Positions 1 to 13,700 of a DNA stretch of 64,000 nucleotides are shown in pieces. Origin of the DNA: Acanthaster planci (lineage: Eukaryota); assembly GCF_001949145.1 (NCBI RefSeq), contig NW_019091355.1:2255107-2319106 (forward strand), given 5' to 3'. The position numbers and the translations under genes are program-made. Position 1 is the stretch's first letter. Each line of letters begins with the position of its first letter. The notes under the pieces were generated by a model. The model worked only from the letters and a program-made list of their open reading frames with translations. It ran no database searches and was not told where the DNA came from.

Positions 1-2535
1 CCAGATGAGAGAAATGACAGGTACATGCAACTGAATTGGACAAGGTTACAGTGTTTGAACTCTGGAGATGACAGTGAACTTTGAAAAGTGCACATACATG
101 TATGTAAATGTATGGGAGTGAACTACTTTCATACACCTGTACTGGAAAGGTTTCACCAATCAGGATGGGGAGATCATTGAGACTAATCAAAACCACTATC
201 CCTGTTGGGCTTGAAATTGAAGCATGTGTATCTCTCTCCTTTAAACCTGGCAGTACCAAAAGTTTTTTTTAAGTCAGACAGTGTAAGGGATGAAGGTTTA
301 GGTTAAGGCCTGGCTCAAGCAGCAAGCTCGCCAAGGTGACTGCACCACTGCACTAGGCAGAAATTTAACTGCTTGCGCATTACCAAGAGGATGCTCGTTA
401 ATTACCTCCATTTCCTATGAACTGACTAGGCTTCACCTCATTGACCTATATCCCCACCTGTCAGGATGTGGATGTTGGCACACTTCTAATTATCTAGGGC
501 TTCTCTCTTTTCCAGTAAGCTTTGGTGACTTCAATTAATTACATGCTTTGATGGGACTGATTACAAGAACGACTCAAATGGACTCATTTTATCCACATTC
601 TGGGAAACATGTTTAACCTTGATAGACACCACTAACCTGGATACTGCTTACATGAACATGTATATAATGCAAGACATAGAAACTTTGAAAAGTGTGAAAG
701 AATGTGTCAAGCTTGTCACAGGTGGAATGCCTGTCCCATGTAGATTGACAATGTCAAGCAACCACTTAGGAATGGACTTTACTTTAGAATGAAGTAAAGA
801 TTTGTCTTGCTTGAACATTTACATTTCAAACCTGAATTTTGGAATGAACTCACTCCCTTACACACGTGCTGCCATGACAGTGCTGGGTAACAGCCTAACG
901 TTACTTCATTGGGTTGAATCTTCTAACTTCAGGCGTGTCAAGACTCAAGAATAGATCATTCCAAAACAATAAGAGCGACTTGCCAGGGTACATGTACGCT
1001 GATCAATTCCCATCGTCTGATTTGTAATGAGTTCACTTGGCGGCTGTGCAGGTAACAGTAGACTACACTTGCGCATACAGAAATTTGCAATGCATGTAAA
1101 TTCAGGACAAACACATGCATACATGTACATATACATGTACATAAAAACTAATTAGATGCTGAACTTCGCATGAATACCATACATGTACATAACTACCGCG
1201 CAGTGTAACAAGCGGCCATAGATAGAAATAGACATCCTTGCATTGTCAGACCTCTGCACTGAGTAATCAGATTAAAAAGCAAGACCAACAGGGCCAGAAA
1301 GAGAACTTAATTAAGCTCCTTCATTGTGAGCAGGGACAGTAGCATTCTCTTGGGTAGATAAGGGGAAGTCCTTACAAATCTGAGAAAGTCCCCCCCCTCC
1401 CCTCCAAAAAAAAATGAGCAAACAGGGGTTCCATTTCAAGGATAATTAATTGGGGGGAAGACTTACTTCAGCAAACTGTCTGCACTAAACACACACCACC
1501 CTTTGTGCACTGGTAGGCTTCTGCTTCTAATCTCCGTCTACACAGACAAGTGCATGTGCACCCTACAACGTGCAGTCAATCTACGTGTACATGTACTCAT
1601 AAATATACCCATACCTTGTTCAATTTAATCCAAGCTGACGCTTGGAGGAAAAATTCCGACACACTGTTCCTGAGAGCACTGTACAACTCAATTAGGGGCA
1701 TCAACGTGTTTTCCTGTTTTCATCTGGGTAGATTGGCTACTGATGGAAATTTACAGAACTGTGCAGTTTACCAACATGCAAAGACACCTGACCAAGCTGT
1801 GAAGTTACGGATTAAAAGCACGGGATGGTACTAAACTCCATGTACTACATCATCTTGTGTGCAGCAGAAAGGACATTCAGGTTTCCGGCAGTTTTTCACC
1901 CTTACATTTAACTTCACCACCGTGCCAGTCACCACATGATGCCCTCCTTGCTGAGCCTGGAAGGATTACAAGTAGAGGGGCAGTACCCCAATGTTGACAT
2001 CAACACCTCCCAACACAAGCATTGCTGTCTTAAGGTTGCAGAACTTGCAGGAATGCCAGGCCTTGATTGTTCCCCTCAATTCACATTTCTGAACAATAAC
2101 CTTGTAGAATGTACATGTACATCCTACTTTCCCCGCCCACAGCCAGTTTTGACACATTTTTAAGAGCCAGCATGATGATGGTGTGTTTGGAACAGTTCGT
2201 GAGAAAACAATCTGAAACGCCTTTTGAACAGTTTGTGAGAAATCGCAATTCCAAAAACTGACTTGTGCTTGTAGCTTAGATAAATGTGTAGCGTGTATTT
2301 TACATAATGGGAAAACTACACGTACATGTAGAAAACAAAATTAATGGTGCTAAATGTGTACAGGTATGCCTTTTTTAAAAGAATAATTTGGTGTTCAGGA
2401 TGAGCAATCAATGCACTTGTTGCTGATTAAAGCAATTTGTTCTGCTCATCTACAACAGAGCACTTAAACATGTACATGTACATTGGACATATATGTGCAT
2501 GTGTATAAAAAGGTATGCACTGATGTTCCCAAACA

Positions 2536-2657
2536 ATCGTGGACGTTAAACAAAAGAATTAATGACCGTCCACGATTCCCGATACATCCACGATTGCCAA
2601 ACGTGTTAATAAAGTATGAACAAAAGAGGACAAAACCGGTAGGAACGTCCACGATTG
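2536..2657. mobile_element. Small foldback/MITE-like element
   Basis: caatcgtggacgtt ... aacgtccacgattg inverted ends; internal ccacgatt repeats; CpG-rich within CpG-poor DNA. Confidence 0.5.
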
Positions 2658-4360
2658 CCCAAAAAACATGTACCTACATGTACAATGGAATGTTCGCAGT
2701 AGACACATATCAAAATGCCCCATTCCAGGTCAAAGAATGAATGTTACCAGTACATACGTATACCGTTGGTGTTAAGAGAAAAAAATCTTGTTCATGCCCT
2801 CTGCACTTCAGTACTACTTCCATGAAGCAGTGTTCATGTACATGTACAAACATGTACATTTGCGCATGCAGTTTTATCATACAAAGGTAACTCATGGCTT
2901 CGAGGCCCATGGACATCTTAACATACTGTATCACAATGACGGATCATGACAGCAGCTCAACTTGAAGAAAGGTGAAGGGTGAATCACAGGGGTGAAAGAC
3001 GCATGCATCCCCTGCATGGTCGGCTCTTATTCTTGAGGAGGGCCACCATGGTTCAAAACATGTTACCAAAACAACTTAAGCAGCGCACAAAAAGGGCGCC
3101 CACGTCCATGTATATGCGCGTACATTGCAAGGCACGGAACATAACACAACAAAAAGGCATTCCTGATAACGCATGGAAAGTTTGACACAATATTCGGAGA
3201 AACAGAGTCCCGAAGATCACTTGAACAAAACAGTCCGGTGGTCTTCACTCGTCAGGCTGGTTCACAGCAAAATGTGGTGAGCTTTTTGGCTCAGTAAAAT
3301 GAGGTCTACACCAGCATTTAAACCTTCCAGGGTGGCACACAATACATACATGTACATGTACATTATGTCCCAATGCATACATACATGTACATACTTTGTA
3401 CACGTGTGCACAGTACCAGCACCGGCTTGGAGATTGTATTATTCATAACATGTATTGAACCAATGCACCAGAAATGAAATGGTGTGAATCGTGTACAGAA
3501 TTTTTATCAGGGGGACCCGACAATTTCAGTAGACAGGTGCAGATACAGGGAAAAAAGCATGTAACAGACTTGCAGCCACAACATCAGTCCTTTTCAACCT
3601 TGAACATTCATTAATCACGCTGAACAATGCCCGCATAAAAGCTGCAGGGGGAAAAAAAATACAGACAGAGCCTTGAAGTTGCTTATCAGCTGTACTTTGG
3701 TAACACGCTTATTAATCCAGTTGCATGTACAGGGGGGGGGGGTTTGAATTGTCACACTGATCGCTGGTCCAACAACACTGTGCTTGCCCGCACAAGGATG
3801 CCTTGTAGGGATGCCTTGAACTGTAACATTTCCAATGTACCGGTACAAACCCACATGGGTAACGGTATTTTAGTGTTTTCCTGATTAAAAAATCAAATAT
3901 TAATTAGTACATATGTGCATAGGGCCTACATACATGTATAAAGACGAGTTTATGTAACTTACAATGTACATGTACATTCACAAACAATTTTCAAGAATAT
4001 TCAGAACCACAATGACTTCCTTTTCAAAGTTTAAATCCTTGTGAACAACAAGACGTCTCAGATGGGCTGAGGCTCCAAAGTAGTAATGTGACTTAAAAAT
4101 GAGCCAGTGCTACGTACCATTTGACTGGTTCTCATTTATGATTTTTCAATATCTTTTTTTTCAGTGGTCAGGCTGCTTTCAGTTTGCACACTGCCATAAT
4201 TGCATACTGGTTTGTAGTTTTACGTGCATTTCCAATTATTTGTACAGGCCCCACTCCCACAGTTGGCCCAAAGGAATTTTATTAGGCAAGGTTGTGAGGG
4301 TGGAGGGGGTAATGATACTGTCTTTTCGGAATACCCTAAAAATCCTCAGAGTAATGACAT

Positions 4361-4535
4361 GCGTAGTGGTTAGCGTAGTGGTTCTTTTCTCGCTTTGCAC
4401 CAATGAGGCTCGGGTGAGAGTCCCAGCTTGGCCCAGGCTTTTAAGTGCATTTGGTTTCCAGTCCATACTCGCTATCGCATGTTTTCCCTGGGTACTCCCG
4501 TTTCCTCCTGCCTCTAAAACTGGACCTTCTTCCTA
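4361..4535 (+). mobile_element. tRNA-derived SINE with V-domain-like core
   Basis: A-box-like gcgtagtggttagc, degenerate B box, then ttccagtccatac...ttttccctgggtactcccgtttcctcc...ctctaaaac. Related copies at about 19165-19330 and 50493-50620. Confidence 0.6.
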
Positions 4536-4628
4536 ACTCCATTATGAGATACTGATTAATAAAGGTTACGAATAAACTTACAGTTAGTTACTGACGCAAA
4601 CAGCTTGAGTAGCTGAAAGCACCATTAA

Positions 4629-4698
4629 TTAACCCTAACAGTCCCAAATCCTCCAATTTCAATATGATTTTGCATACACCCTAGGGGGTTAGGGTTAA
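4629..4698. mobile_element. Internally deleted copy of the taaccctaac-TIR MITE
   Basis: ttaaccctaac..cccaaatcctccaa ... cctagggggttagggttaa; same ends as 22961-23311. Confidence 0.6.
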
Positions 4699-6911
4699 AA
4701 CAAAACAACATGACTTACTTGTATTACCAAGAATAAAAACAATGAAAAACTAAGGATTGGGACCCAAAAAATTCCTCGTTACAGGCCTACACAGAATCTC
4801 ACATTATTAACCGTGTTCTTCTTAATGAGGTTCAACTGTAGTCCACATGCTACATGTACATGTATACAAACACTGACAGAAAATATCCATACTTGACTTT
4901 CAACTGTGTTTTTTTTTCTCCCCTGGCACTTTGAAACTTCATGAAACTGCTCTAGTGAAATTCTGATACATTGCAAAACTAAATTCAGTTCTCAGGAGAC
5001 ATTTGAATACATGTATGGTGTGCTATATTTACCATAATACTAGGATGCATGTACGTCTACTGTATAAACTCAGACTTCTGGAGCCTGAAATAGTCTGAAC
5101 TTTGTCTAGGAATAATTTATGGCCAAGTGTATGGCAGATTTTTATATCAGGATGCCACAACTTGGACTTTTCATTTACCGGTATGATTACCAAGGTAACA
5201 AAAAACCGTCACGTGGAGCTGAGAAATATTCTACATTCCGTGCTAAAACTTAAAAAGACTTTCTGTATGAGTAGTTAAAAATTTTCATTTTTTCCCATAG
5301 CACTAAAATTAACACACACTGCCAAAGACTTGATTTCTTGGCATTATGCATGTTATGGTCCCTGCCGTCAGAAAAAAGTGTGAACATGATTAATGAAGGC
5401 CTTTGGTCACAACTGCAGAATGAATGATCTGCAGTCTACCAGTACTTGGTAAACCTAGCGCCAGCAATTGGGTGTTGAGAGAAGGTGACTTAGTGTGACC
5501 AGACTAGCTCAGCAGGAATGCAGCAATTTTTTTCCCAGACAGCTGTTCACGATAAACTGATGGGTATTTTTTTGGGGGGGGAACCCAAAACTGTAATAAA
5601 TACCAACGACAAACATGAGAGAAAACAAGGAGCACTGTGTTGCTGCTTGTTTATATGTAATCTCTAGGATAATGGGGAGAGTATAAATTTATGCACAATT
5701 GATGACAATATTCGCATTTGTCACAAGTGCATCAGTGAGATTTTGGATTTTAAATTATTTCTTTATCCTGGTAAGAAAATGAGTTTGATAAATATAAACC
5801 TGTTAATACGAGTTCTTAAAAACTCTGTCATTCCAAGTTGAATAATACATTGTAACTAAAATCCATACATTTTATGTGCTAGGCAAACTTTATCCCTGCA
5901 CAGCTGTGAAAATGTTGACCTTCACAACAATCGAATCCTGGTAGTCAACAAACATTGTGTTTTCCACCTTTCACTGTACATTACCAGAAATCTTTTCAAG
6001 TAAAACCATTTTAGATTTCACTGAGAGGAAGCATGGTTTGTTTGGGTATCTCTTGTCATCCCAATCCTTTTGTTTGGATGTCAACACTCTTCATGTTTAG
6101 GTCAGTTGTTTGAACAGAAGTTGTCAATATTTTCGCAGCATTTTCAAACATGCTACACTCTTCGAGTCTCCAATTTTCAAACACTGCCCAGTCGTTTTGG
6201 TCAGGCACTTGTAAACGTGTATAACGGCAGGCTGGCAGGCCTACTCCACTCTGCCTAACATGCCTGGACAAACACCATTTGTCTATGTTCATACTTATAC
6301 AAGCGGAAAGAGTTCCATGTATGGACAACACTTGATGCCCCTGTGCACAAAAGTATTAGACTTGTCTGAAAAACCTACGTGTTTTGTAAGTTTTCTAAGC
6401 TAAATTTCACATTTTAGGACATGTTATCACTTCCTGATCACTGCTGAGTGTTGTAATAAAAATAGCAGTAACAACCTTAGCTAGGCTAAAGTACGTGGTA
6501 GCATAGCAGGCCCTTGAACCAAGCAAAAATCGGGACCAGCTGACCAGCGGATTGACACATGACACTGGGATAGGATTTACCATCAATGGCACACACGTAC
6601 AACCAAACGAACATGAAAAATAGCTACATGAAATTTTTGACATGAACACTACTGCCACAGAGTATCATGCCGAAGAGCTATGACCGAATCTTTAGTTTCA
6701 CACGGGCCAGGGCCGAGCAGGGTTTAGGCCGAGGCCCGCCTAGCTGCTGCTGCAGCCCTGTATACAGTTTCGCTGTCATCGTATGCGTGGTCAGGCTATA
6801 TTTTCAGGGCACGCAGACATCGTTCAAAGGTCGAAGATTTTACCCGCGCTTCCCACTAAAACCTGAAAATCAACCAAGGAATATTACAAAAGGAGCCCCA
6901 TCTTCACCTAC

Positions 6912-7005
6912 CTGTGACAACGGCGAACAGCAGACTCAAAAATGTGGATAAAACAGTGAAATTCCAGTAGTTGTTCGTGCGATATAGTCCTATCCAAGTC
7001 GCCAT
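6912..7005 (-). CDS. First coding exon (signal peptide-like) of an unidentified gene continuing left beyond the window
   Basis: aaaATGG start; MATWIGLYRTNNYWNFTVLSTFLSLLFAVVT(G) has a hydrophobic core; phase-1 donor CAG|gtaggt; lies in a CpG-rich stretch. No further exon recognised in 1-6900. Confidence 0.6.
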
Positions 7006-9104
7006 TTTGATAATGGTGTGTGAATGTAGTGCGCGCTATGCAAGGTTGATTGTCAATACACTCCGTGCAATCAATCCATTCAACATCCCAAATGCCAATC
7101 AATGGGGGTCTACGCAGGGCATGGAGGGGTACCGTACACGCCAGGTTGAATATGAATATTCAGCAGTAAATCTGTCGTCACCAAAGTCGGTGCCATTATT
7201 ACAAGTAGGGGAGGCAATTAAACATGACTTCGGGCGTGATTTAAACATGCGTTTCCGGATAAAGCCATTTGAAAATAATTGTACGGGCCATTGAAAATAA
7301 TGACCTTATAAATAATAAACGATTTTTTGAACGCAAACAGTTTGAATCTTTTCAGCTCAAACTTAAAACTTCCCTATTGAAAATACATATCCGAACTCCA
7401 GAGATGTCTGGCATGAAAATTATAAAACATCGTGTCCTGGAGAGAACACATAAAATTCTCCATTATAAATTCTCAATACATAAAAGGCAGTGATTTATTG
7501 GGATAATACTTTTTTTTCTAACTGTGTCAGCAACTAGCTGAGCATCGTCACTCGACCTGTGAAATCAAACCAACCTACGCGGAATGGAGCAACCTTAGAG
7601 GGCCATGTTTACACAACAGGGGGCTGCGGTGTCGCCAGCGTGTCGTCTACGGACAAAGTCAGGGGGCCGGCAAGAAATGACCACAAAGAAATTTGGGGTT
7701 TTTTCTTCCACTACATTGACCTGAGTGTGACCACAGAGCCACCCGTGGACGAACATGGGGACATACTGGTCGACACTAGAAGAAGGACCTCGTACATGTA
7801 CTGACAATCCAAAAAAGACGCTGAACGACAATACTAGTAGCAGAGCTGCATATGTGTGGTTTCTAGCCGTTTAACACGTTCACACATTCGGATGTCTGTA
7901 ACCTGGATGTCTGAATTAACGTGTGAGGTTTTTTGGTTTTTTTTTACATTATCCATGATTAAAATATGCAATTGATTTAATGGTGTCTTGAACAGAAACG
8001 TCCATTTTGTGACTTTCGATCATCTTAATTGGTACTCGGTAATTGTCCCTCCAAAATACTCTGACTGAAGTTTTAAAGTCTTTTGATGCAGTAAAGCACG
8101 CAAACAACAACAACAACAAAAAAATGTAGAGATTCTACAACAAAACAAACTTCATGACGTCTCAACCAGCAGCTGACTGAAAGAATTTGCTGTCACAAGT
8201 CAAGATTGATCGAGTAGGCAGATTTGTAGATCCTTTGTGTTACGAACAATATGTAACGTGATTACGCCCTCTTTGTCTAGAGGGCGCTAGTCATAGAAAA
8301 CTCAAAATGACCCGAGTAACAATAATAATTTTGTAGTCACCGCTCAATCATGAAAATTAAACGACCCGTACTTTTCAATGCAATTGTTATAAAGTTAAAG
8401 CATTATATAAAGAACACTGAAAGTAATGATAACGTAATGATGCAATAAATGAAAAGGTAACCAGTTTGCCATTTTTGTCGCTGGGAAATGAAGTACATTT
8501 GAAAAGTTCTAATTGGTTTGCTCTTTGGCTTCCACGTCTTAACAAGTAGTGAATGTTTAATTCTTTAAACTGATTTAGCCAAAAAAATCCCAGAAGATTG
8601 AGCTTGGTGCTGGTGACTGATAATATGAAACAAGTCGTAAATTCGATTTCAACTTAATCAAGAACAAAAAACAGACTGTGTCGTTCTGTAAATGACCCCC
8701 ACCCCAGTAATCCCCATTCACAGGCGTATTAGTGTTGTACACAAAGTGTTGCACAACAAATATTAACTTAGGCCCCTATGTGTTTTTATAATGATTAGTT
8801 TAAACTGGAATCGCGAACATAATCACAAGACTTTGAAATGTAGCCGGGCATATTTACGTCACTGCGCTGTTGCAGCTCTTGCGTGAAAGAATAGTTGGTG
8901 CACTGCTGTATTTTTCCATCTTTGTTTAGACGTTTACTCACCGTCCACAATAGACAACGCAATGTTGGTCATATCTAGTTTCCGAGCAGTTGCCGCGCAA
9001 GGCCCCCATACGTCATACCGCGAACTGTCATGGCAATAACTGTGCCCTCATTATCGCCCAATTATGCGAATTGCAGTAGTCAGCGCAATGATCTCCGTTA
9101 TCAA

Positions 9105-9247
9105 TGAGTCAGCGAACTGAAACAGGCGCATTGGGCGACTTACCGGTTTTATTTTTGTGAATGGGCGACTTGATGACGTCAAAGAATCGTATTGACTCAT
9201 CCCGACTTTGGAAAAGTTGAGCATGCCTAGAGCTGAATGATATAAAA
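9105..9247 (+). promoter_or_regulatory. Candidate annexin promoter: AP-1/CRE cluster and TATA box
   Basis: TGAGTCA 9105-9111, TGACGTCA 9174-9181, TGACTCA 9193-9199, TATAAAA 9241-9247; downstream donor AAG|gtaaac after 9447. Confidence 0.5.
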
Positions 9248-10739
9248 GCTTCACAAAGAGTAGCAATTGTGATTCGATTTTACACGTATCATCTAAACTG
9301 CTCCAACATCGACGTTCATACGATTTTGAATTGCTATGGAATAATTCTGGACTCTTTTGAGCTGATCTCCGTGTATTATCTTGTAACGGAATAAAGAAGG
9401 GCAACGAGCTCGAGCCTCGTAAATCACCTGCGAAAGTCTCGGTGAAGGTAAACGTCCGTCATTATGCTTTCATTGTTTTCATTAGTTTCGATTCTGTGTC
9501 CTTATAATATGATGACACAGAATATTATCAATTAATCAGCCTCGGATCCGGGGGATCACCTGCTCTGAGACCAAAATCGTTAAAAAATTGGAAACTAATC
9601 AAAACTAATTAAAGTATACAAAGGTAAGTTCACCAGTACCATTGTAAGCAATGTTAATAATGTTAATAGAGATAAAAAAATGCATGTACGCAGATGATCT
9701 GAGGTCACAGCCATAATTACTGGGCGTGGTTGTGTGGGTTTTTTTATGCCACGCCGATAGAGGTCGCAATTTACTGAAGCTAGACGGATACGTGTTGCGG
9801 GCGCGGGACAAGGTAGATTGCGTGTAGAAGCACTGGAAAGGTGCGAGAAATACTCCTTTTCATCAAGCTTTGAAACTTCTTACACAGGTACATAGCTGTT
9901 GTTCGTAACCTGTAGATCATATTGTGTTATAATTACATTTGATCATCCCAATTTTAGGAATGCAAACTGTGTTAATGCAGGGGTAATTACTTAACAAGTT
10001 GGCCTAACATAACGTTAACGACAAGTACAAATACGGGTAGGCCTACAGCGCTAGGCGTCGTCACGGTCGTACATGTTGTACATGTACATGTACTTTATCG
10101 CATACGGCGGGTAATTCCAGAAATTAGGGGTCTAGACCTGTGACATTTTTGTGTCCCTGTTACATCTGACCTCTTTATTTGACATGGAAATATCACCAGA
10201 ATTGATTTCAAACTATTAGGCGTACTATTTGTTTGGCAGGTACTTTCCAGGATGTGGGGAGACAGTTCTTTTGACCACTGTGATTTTACTATTTTGTCTT
10301 CCGTATGCCCGTCCCTTTGTGATGTAAATTGTTGGCATGAATAAAATAATAACAATAATTCATCACTCTTGGAAATTACATAATGTGTTTTGAACTTACA
10401 AAATCATGTCAGATACACAGGGAGGCACACAAAAAATGGACCCCTAACAACATGCCTAATTTCTGGAATTACCCATATTTAATTATACTGATTTATTTTG
10501 TTGTGTGATTTTGTAATGAATGCCTCCTAGTTTTATTTCCTTGTGGAGGTTTTCTCGAAAAACAAAATCATAATGATGAAGCCTTGGACTGTTTGCCCTT
10601 GGCCCTACATGTACATGTAGACCTATACATGCAGGCCTACCGCAGGCCTACCGTACTAAACATTCTGTCTACGGTCATGACTGTGTAGACTTTTCATTAT
10701 AATTTGTTGCAGAGTTAGTCAGAACAGACAACCGACAAC

Positions 10740-13700
10740 ATGAGCTATGGTGGAGGTTACCCACCAGCACCGGGTGGCTACCCTCCTGCCCCTGGAGGAT
10801 ACCCCCCTGCCCCAGGGGGTGGGGGATATCCACCTGCACCTGGCGGAGGTTACCCACCTGCCCCAGGAAGCAGCAGCTACCCACCTGCCCCTGGGGGATA
10901 CCCGCCAGCCCCCGGGGGTGGGGGATATCCACCTGCCCCAGGGGGTGGGGGATATCCGCCCCCATCAGCACCAGGAGGATATCCGCCTGCACCGGGAGGC
11001 GGGGGTTACCCGCCAGCACCAGGGGGTGGGGGTTATCCCCCAGCACCTGCCCCAGGGGGTTATCCACAGTCCGGATACCCACCAGCACCCCAGCCAACAG
11101 GTTATCCACCAGCTCCAGCTGTAAGTAAGAACACCAGTAATGGCAAAAGAACAAAAAAAATTATGAAAGCATATCCTTGTCCCCACCTCCATGTTTTTGG
11201 GGAAAGAGGGAGCACGCTGTTACTTAAGATGGACGCCTTCCTAAGAGTTCATGCTTTGCACGGGAAAGGTTATTAAAGTCAGAAGATTTGCAGTAGCAGT
11301 GAGTAAGTGAAAAGTAGTTAACACTTAACCTAAAAATGTTGGACTCTGAAAATGTCATGTATTTCGCAACTTATGTTCACAAGTTGGAGCAAGTCTTCAC
11401 ACTGACTAGTTATTTCCACATCTTTGTTTGAAAATCTGGCCTTGTAAAGAAACCAGATGGTGAAGTCACTCAGCCGGTAAGTCGGACATCTTATTTGTCT
11501 GAACAAAAGTGGCTGCCGCTGCACATTGCCACTCATCTGACATTGATCGATAGTAAACTAAGAGCTGGCGATTTCTATGCACATTCTGTCTGTCAAATTT
11601 GCCCTCTTAGAATCTGAATTGAAAGGAAAATTGTGATGGTGGTCTCCGTACATCATTCTTGTCTTGTCTTGTCAATTCAGGCACCAGCTAGCATGCCATC
11701 TGCTGACTATGGTACTTCAAGTGGCTCTGCTGGGCTCCCATATAACCCCAATCCCACCGGCATGGGCTTTGCTGTAAGTTTGAAATGACCTTTGAGATCT
11801 CACTCCCTCAGTGGTTGACACTGTAACCTTAAGTTCTGTCCTGTTCCTTTAATATCACCCATTTATTCTCAGGTGTATGCTCCAAATCTTCTTGGTTATA
11901 CAAAATCAATCTTTAAATCTGATGGGCTTTGCCATGCTTGAAGGGGTTAGGTAACTTCTTACATGCTTTGTATGTGGATATTCTTCCTACGTGCATGAAA
12001 TCATTTCTCTTGAATCGCACTTTGAATACTTTTCTGTACAGTCTGGCAGTTATTTTCTTGTCATATATGCAAGCAGGAGAGAGCTTTTGTAGACATTAAT
12101 GCTTACAAGTAGGAAGTGGGGATGAATCTTTTTGAGAATGACCTATGGCTAAAGAATGTTCACTGTGTGTACAGTTTCTTACAAGATAATACCTGGGTCA
12201 TGTGGTGACATCTAGCCATTTTCCTAACTTCCCAAAGATGACTCTTGTGGAATTTTAAGGAGAAATATGTAAACATATAAACATAGCTTTTCCTAGTGTT
12301 TAAAAAAGTTAATTGATTTGAATGAGACATTAAAAATTGCTGAGATTCTGGGCTTGGTTGTCGACAGTTTTCTGGTAATGAGTTGTTTGAATGTCATTCC
12401 TACATGCCATAGGCCAGTTAGACTTCATTAGCACGTATGTGGCCTTCTTTGCTTGCCCTGGAGCGTGGTGTATTTTTCCATTCTGTCACTACAGGTTCCG
12501 CCCACATCTGTGCAATATAACGATCCGTACGCAGCCCAGCTAGGCCTTGGTGTAGGTCTTGGCATGAACTGATGAACATGTGCTGTGCTTCTTTCTTGTT
12601 TGGGATTTTTATGCTGGTTTTCTTGTTGCCTGCTCAATTTGTTTAGTTTTTATTTTTTGGTTTATTTTTCCATTTTGATTGTTTTGTTTTGCTTGTTGCA
12701 CAAATTCGTTGTTGCGCCCTGGAATTAGAATGGCATCTTGTTGGTTCTGCGTGTTGCATTTAATCCCAGACACGCCTCTCTGTGATCGGAATCTTGACGC
12801 TTTCCAAAGGGTCGCTTCATTGCCAGATAATTTTCTGGACCGTTGTGTCACAAAACAGCAGTCATCTGATAAAGCTAAGAAAGTCGGACTTTGATCTGCA
12901 ACCAAATTTTCTCCTCTATTTACAATGTGACACAAGTGTACAGTACATGTACATGAAGCACACAGAGGCGGCATTGTATAGCAGGTCATGCACTAATTGT
13001 ATGATCATTCTTACATTAAATCTCTGTAGTGTGCCAACCGCATTGAGATTTTAATCAGCTTAGTCACGTTGTTGCTTGTATGTACATGTACGTGGGCACA
13101 TGTAAACAGTGCCATAAGTTATCTCCAGTGAGCCAGTTCTGTATTCCAACGATGCATGCCCAGGACAAGGCTATTCAGGAGCAGCAATGCACCAGCTGGA
13201 TATCGGCGTAGCCATACGCTGACTCATGCACACGCTGTGTTCCCGAAAGACCTTGGGTTTTTGAAATACCGAACAGGCTCAGTTGCCGAACATGAAGGAG
13301 GAACTCAGTATCTCATGGGGATGCTCAATGAATTTACATGCAAGTTTTACTTGGGTTGGGGGAGTGAAGAGCAGAAAACTGTCAGGGTTCCTGCGGCCTG
13401 GAAAAGCCATGGAAAAGCCATGGAAAAGCCATGGAAAAGTCATGGAAAAGTCATGGAAAAGTCATGGAAAAGCCATGGAAAAGCCATGGAAAAGTCATGG
13501 AAAAGTCATGGGAAAAGCCATGGAAAAGTCATAGAAATTTTCAAACACAGTGTGTGATTTCTATTACCAAATACAAGTACATAAAATATGTGATTTTATT
13601 CGCAACTTTAAAAGGCTGGATAGTCCAAGAAATTACGTTATTGGGTCATGGATTTTCATAATTTGGTCATGGAAAAGTCATGGAAATGTCATGGAATTTA

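Noticed and set aside
1..6400. Short ORFs as further coding exons
   Set aside because: No recognisable motifs or convincing in-phase splice pairs; many contain MYMY/CTCT translations of the TACATG motif.
8277..8288. CTCF-like ctagagggcgc (also at about 32458) near the edges of the CpG-poor block
   Set aside because: Only a partial match lacking the 5' CC core, and with the taxon unknown CTCF may be absent.
10675..11192. Alternative-frame and antisense ORFs over the annexin repeat exon
   Set aside because: Shadow ORFs of a GC-rich repetitive coding sequence.
13156..13661. ORFs with WKSHGK/MEKSW repeats; possible CRISPR-like array
   Set aside because: These are translations of an 11-12 bp tandem repeat inside a MITE. 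There are no unique spacers and the context is a eukaryotic intron.
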